Shown here: positions 62,752 to 64,000 of the stretch, piece by piece
Position numbering within the stretch: position 1 is the first letter of the stretch
How the letters are laid out: each line of letters starts with the position of its first letter
Sequence record: PV654397.1
Reading direction: 5' to 3' (one strand)
Length of the DNA: 64,000 nucleotides
The notes under the pieces: model-generated
Told to the model about the DNA's origin: nothing
Seen by the model: only the letters and a program-made list of their open reading frames with translations
Database searches by the model: none
Program-made: the position numbers and the translations under genes

Positions 62752-63096
62752 TTAATACCATTCTTTTAAACCATCAAGTTCGGCTATGTGAGTAATTATA
62801 ACACAGATAACACTCAGGTCAAGCATTATTTGCTCATAATTTAATTTTATTCTATCATCATTGTATGCTCGAAAAACAACATCAAAGTCAAAGTAGTTAT
62901 CGTTTTCATCATTCATTGGAATGATTCTATATCTACGTCTACCATCATCATTGAATACAGTCAAACACTGTTTGAATTTCTTCATTAACTGTGTAGTCAA
63001 TGCATTGTAATATGCAACATCATATTGTGTACAACGTGGGTCATTGGGTAGATAAAACGATACAAATTTTTTTAATTCTATTTGAGTCTTATCCAT
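62752..63096 (-). CDS. hypothetical protein (MDKTQIEL...)
   Basis: Start trimmed; coupled to the upstream gene. Confidence 0.65.
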   Translation of the reverse strand: MDKTQIELKKFVSFYLPNDPRCTQYDVAYYNALTTQLMKKFKQCLTVFNDDGRRRYRIIPMNDENDNYFDFDVVFRAYNDDRIKLNYEQIMLDLSVICVIITHIAELDGLKEWY

Positions 63097-63529
63097 ATAC
63101 AGCCTCATGTATTACTCTTTTACTTTGGCGGTACTCATCCTTTGCTTCTCTCACTGACATGATACGAACCAGATTGGCACTACCACAATAGTACTGAACC
63201 TGACTACGACCAATGTCAACATGATTATCAGGAACTTCATATACTGATACAGCAAACCCTGCACGATGTAATTTACCCAAGTCCATAGTAAAGAACTTAA
63301 ACAAATCATTCAAACTCTGACAGCCAAATGCCCAGCCACGTTTGATTGAATAGATTCCATCTTCAGTTGGTTCTGGTTGGAATTGCGAAGGCGTGGTCAT
63401 GCACAAACGGTCAAATCCATTTTTAGTACTGTATCGTGAAGAGTACCGTGCGAACGGCCCTACTGTTTTTGCTGGATCTAAGTTAGGTTCAATATAACTG
63501 AATTTAAGTTCAAAACGATATACGTACAT
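63089..63529 (-). CDS. conserved-type phage hypothetical protein (146 aa)
   Basis: GP...PEP.ED...FGC.S....F......GF.V.VYEV...V..G.SQV pattern; own promoter cassette. Confidence 0.7.
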   Translation of the reverse strand: MYVYRFELKFSYIEPNLDPAKTVGPFARYSSRYSTKNGFDRLCMTTPSQFQPEPTEDGIYSIKRGWAFGCQSLNDLFKFFTMDLGKLHRAGFAVSVYEVPDNHVDIGRSQVQYYCGSANLVRIMSVREAKDEYRQSKRVIHEAVYG

Positions 63530-63584
63530 AATTAAAATCCCCAGTAGTTGATGAAATAATTATAACAAAAAAGGTTGACCGAAG

Positions 63585-63776
63585 TCAACCTTTATTTTGA
63601 AGTTCTTGAACTAATTGTCGTACTTCTTGGATGTCACGACACTGCTTTACAGTGAAGTAATCATACTTACGACCATAGGTTCTTGGATCATCACCTTCCA
63701 TATACTGCTGCACATCAAAGATTTGTAAGTATGGATGCTGCATAACACGAATGTTATCACATTGATAAATCAACAT
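63585..63776 (-). CDS. hypothetical protein (MLIYQCDN...)
   Basis: Start trimmed; GAGGA SD. Confidence 0.65.
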   Translation of the reverse strand: MLIYQCDNIRVMQHPYLQIFDVQQYMEGDDPRTYGRKYDYFTVKQCRDIQEVRQLVQELQNKG

Positions 63777-63780
63777 ATGT

Positions 63781-63981
63781 TTAGTCCTCATATTTACACA
63801 AGCCACCGAATGTTGCCTGTTTTGCTGCCTTACGCATCATCACAAGTTTAACATACTGTTCGCCATTACTTTCTTCATATACATCAACTTGAAGAAATGC
63901 AAGCATATTGGGATCAGTATCATTCGAGTACTGCGTAAAACTAATGTCACCTACAGTATGTTCTTTAACAAAATTATACAC
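63781..63981 (-). CDS. hypothetical protein (66 aa)
   Basis: GGTG SD. Confidence 0.65.
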   Translation of the reverse strand: MYNFVKEHTVGDISFTQYSNDTDPNMLAFLQVDVYEESNGEQYVKLVMMRKAAKQATFGGLCKYED

Positions 63982-64000
63982 TTCACCATCGATATAAACG

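Noticed and set aside
1-64000. tRNA, rRNA, tmRNA, integrase or transposase genes
   Set aside because: No T-loop GTTCRA cloverleaf, rRNA signature or recombinase/transposase motifs were seen by eye; a tRNAscan-SE or Infernal run would be needed to exclude atypical RNAs.

Overview
AT-rich window of a lytic jumbo myovirus infecting Enterobacterales. My best guess is the GAP32/CBB/RaK2/121Q-like group. That assignment is inference from a T4-like denV, TATAAATA late promoters, a YbiI-like DksA/TraR protein and an RCC1-repeat paralog array; no core capsid or replication genes fall in the window. Layout: (1) 1-20.1 kb, about 55 short minus-strand early genes, most behind their own sigma70 promoter cassette with a conserved 5' leader hairpin. 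They include a protein kinase, a GNAT, a TraR/DksA protein and an H-NS-like protein, and are interspersed with two families of promoter-driven structured noncoding RNA candidates. (2) 20.1-21.9 kb, an ORF-free repeat-rich zone, plausibly the genome terminus or an origin. (3) 22.0-26.6 kb, a tandem operon of 20 paralogous ~60-aa proteins. (4) 26.7-44.9 kb, 15 plus-strand late genes sharing a 12-aa N-terminal tag (MLPF[VA]RM[FV][DK]YGN); 14 are RCC1-like beta-propellers and one is Gly-rich, and most are separated by a near-identical terminator/promoter/RBS cassette. (5) 44.9-64 kb, minus-strand membrane-protein paralogs, an AAA+ ATPase, two repeat-containing GIY-YIG-like endonuclease genes that look mis-assembled, denV, a mini-kinase, Imm-like proteins and two late paralogous charged proteins. 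The palindrome AGTACT is strongly over-represented across the window and sits in fixed register in many promoters. No tRNA, rRNA, CRISPR array, integrase or transposase was recognised. Many ORF-track starts were trimmed because they ran back into promoter or leader sequence.
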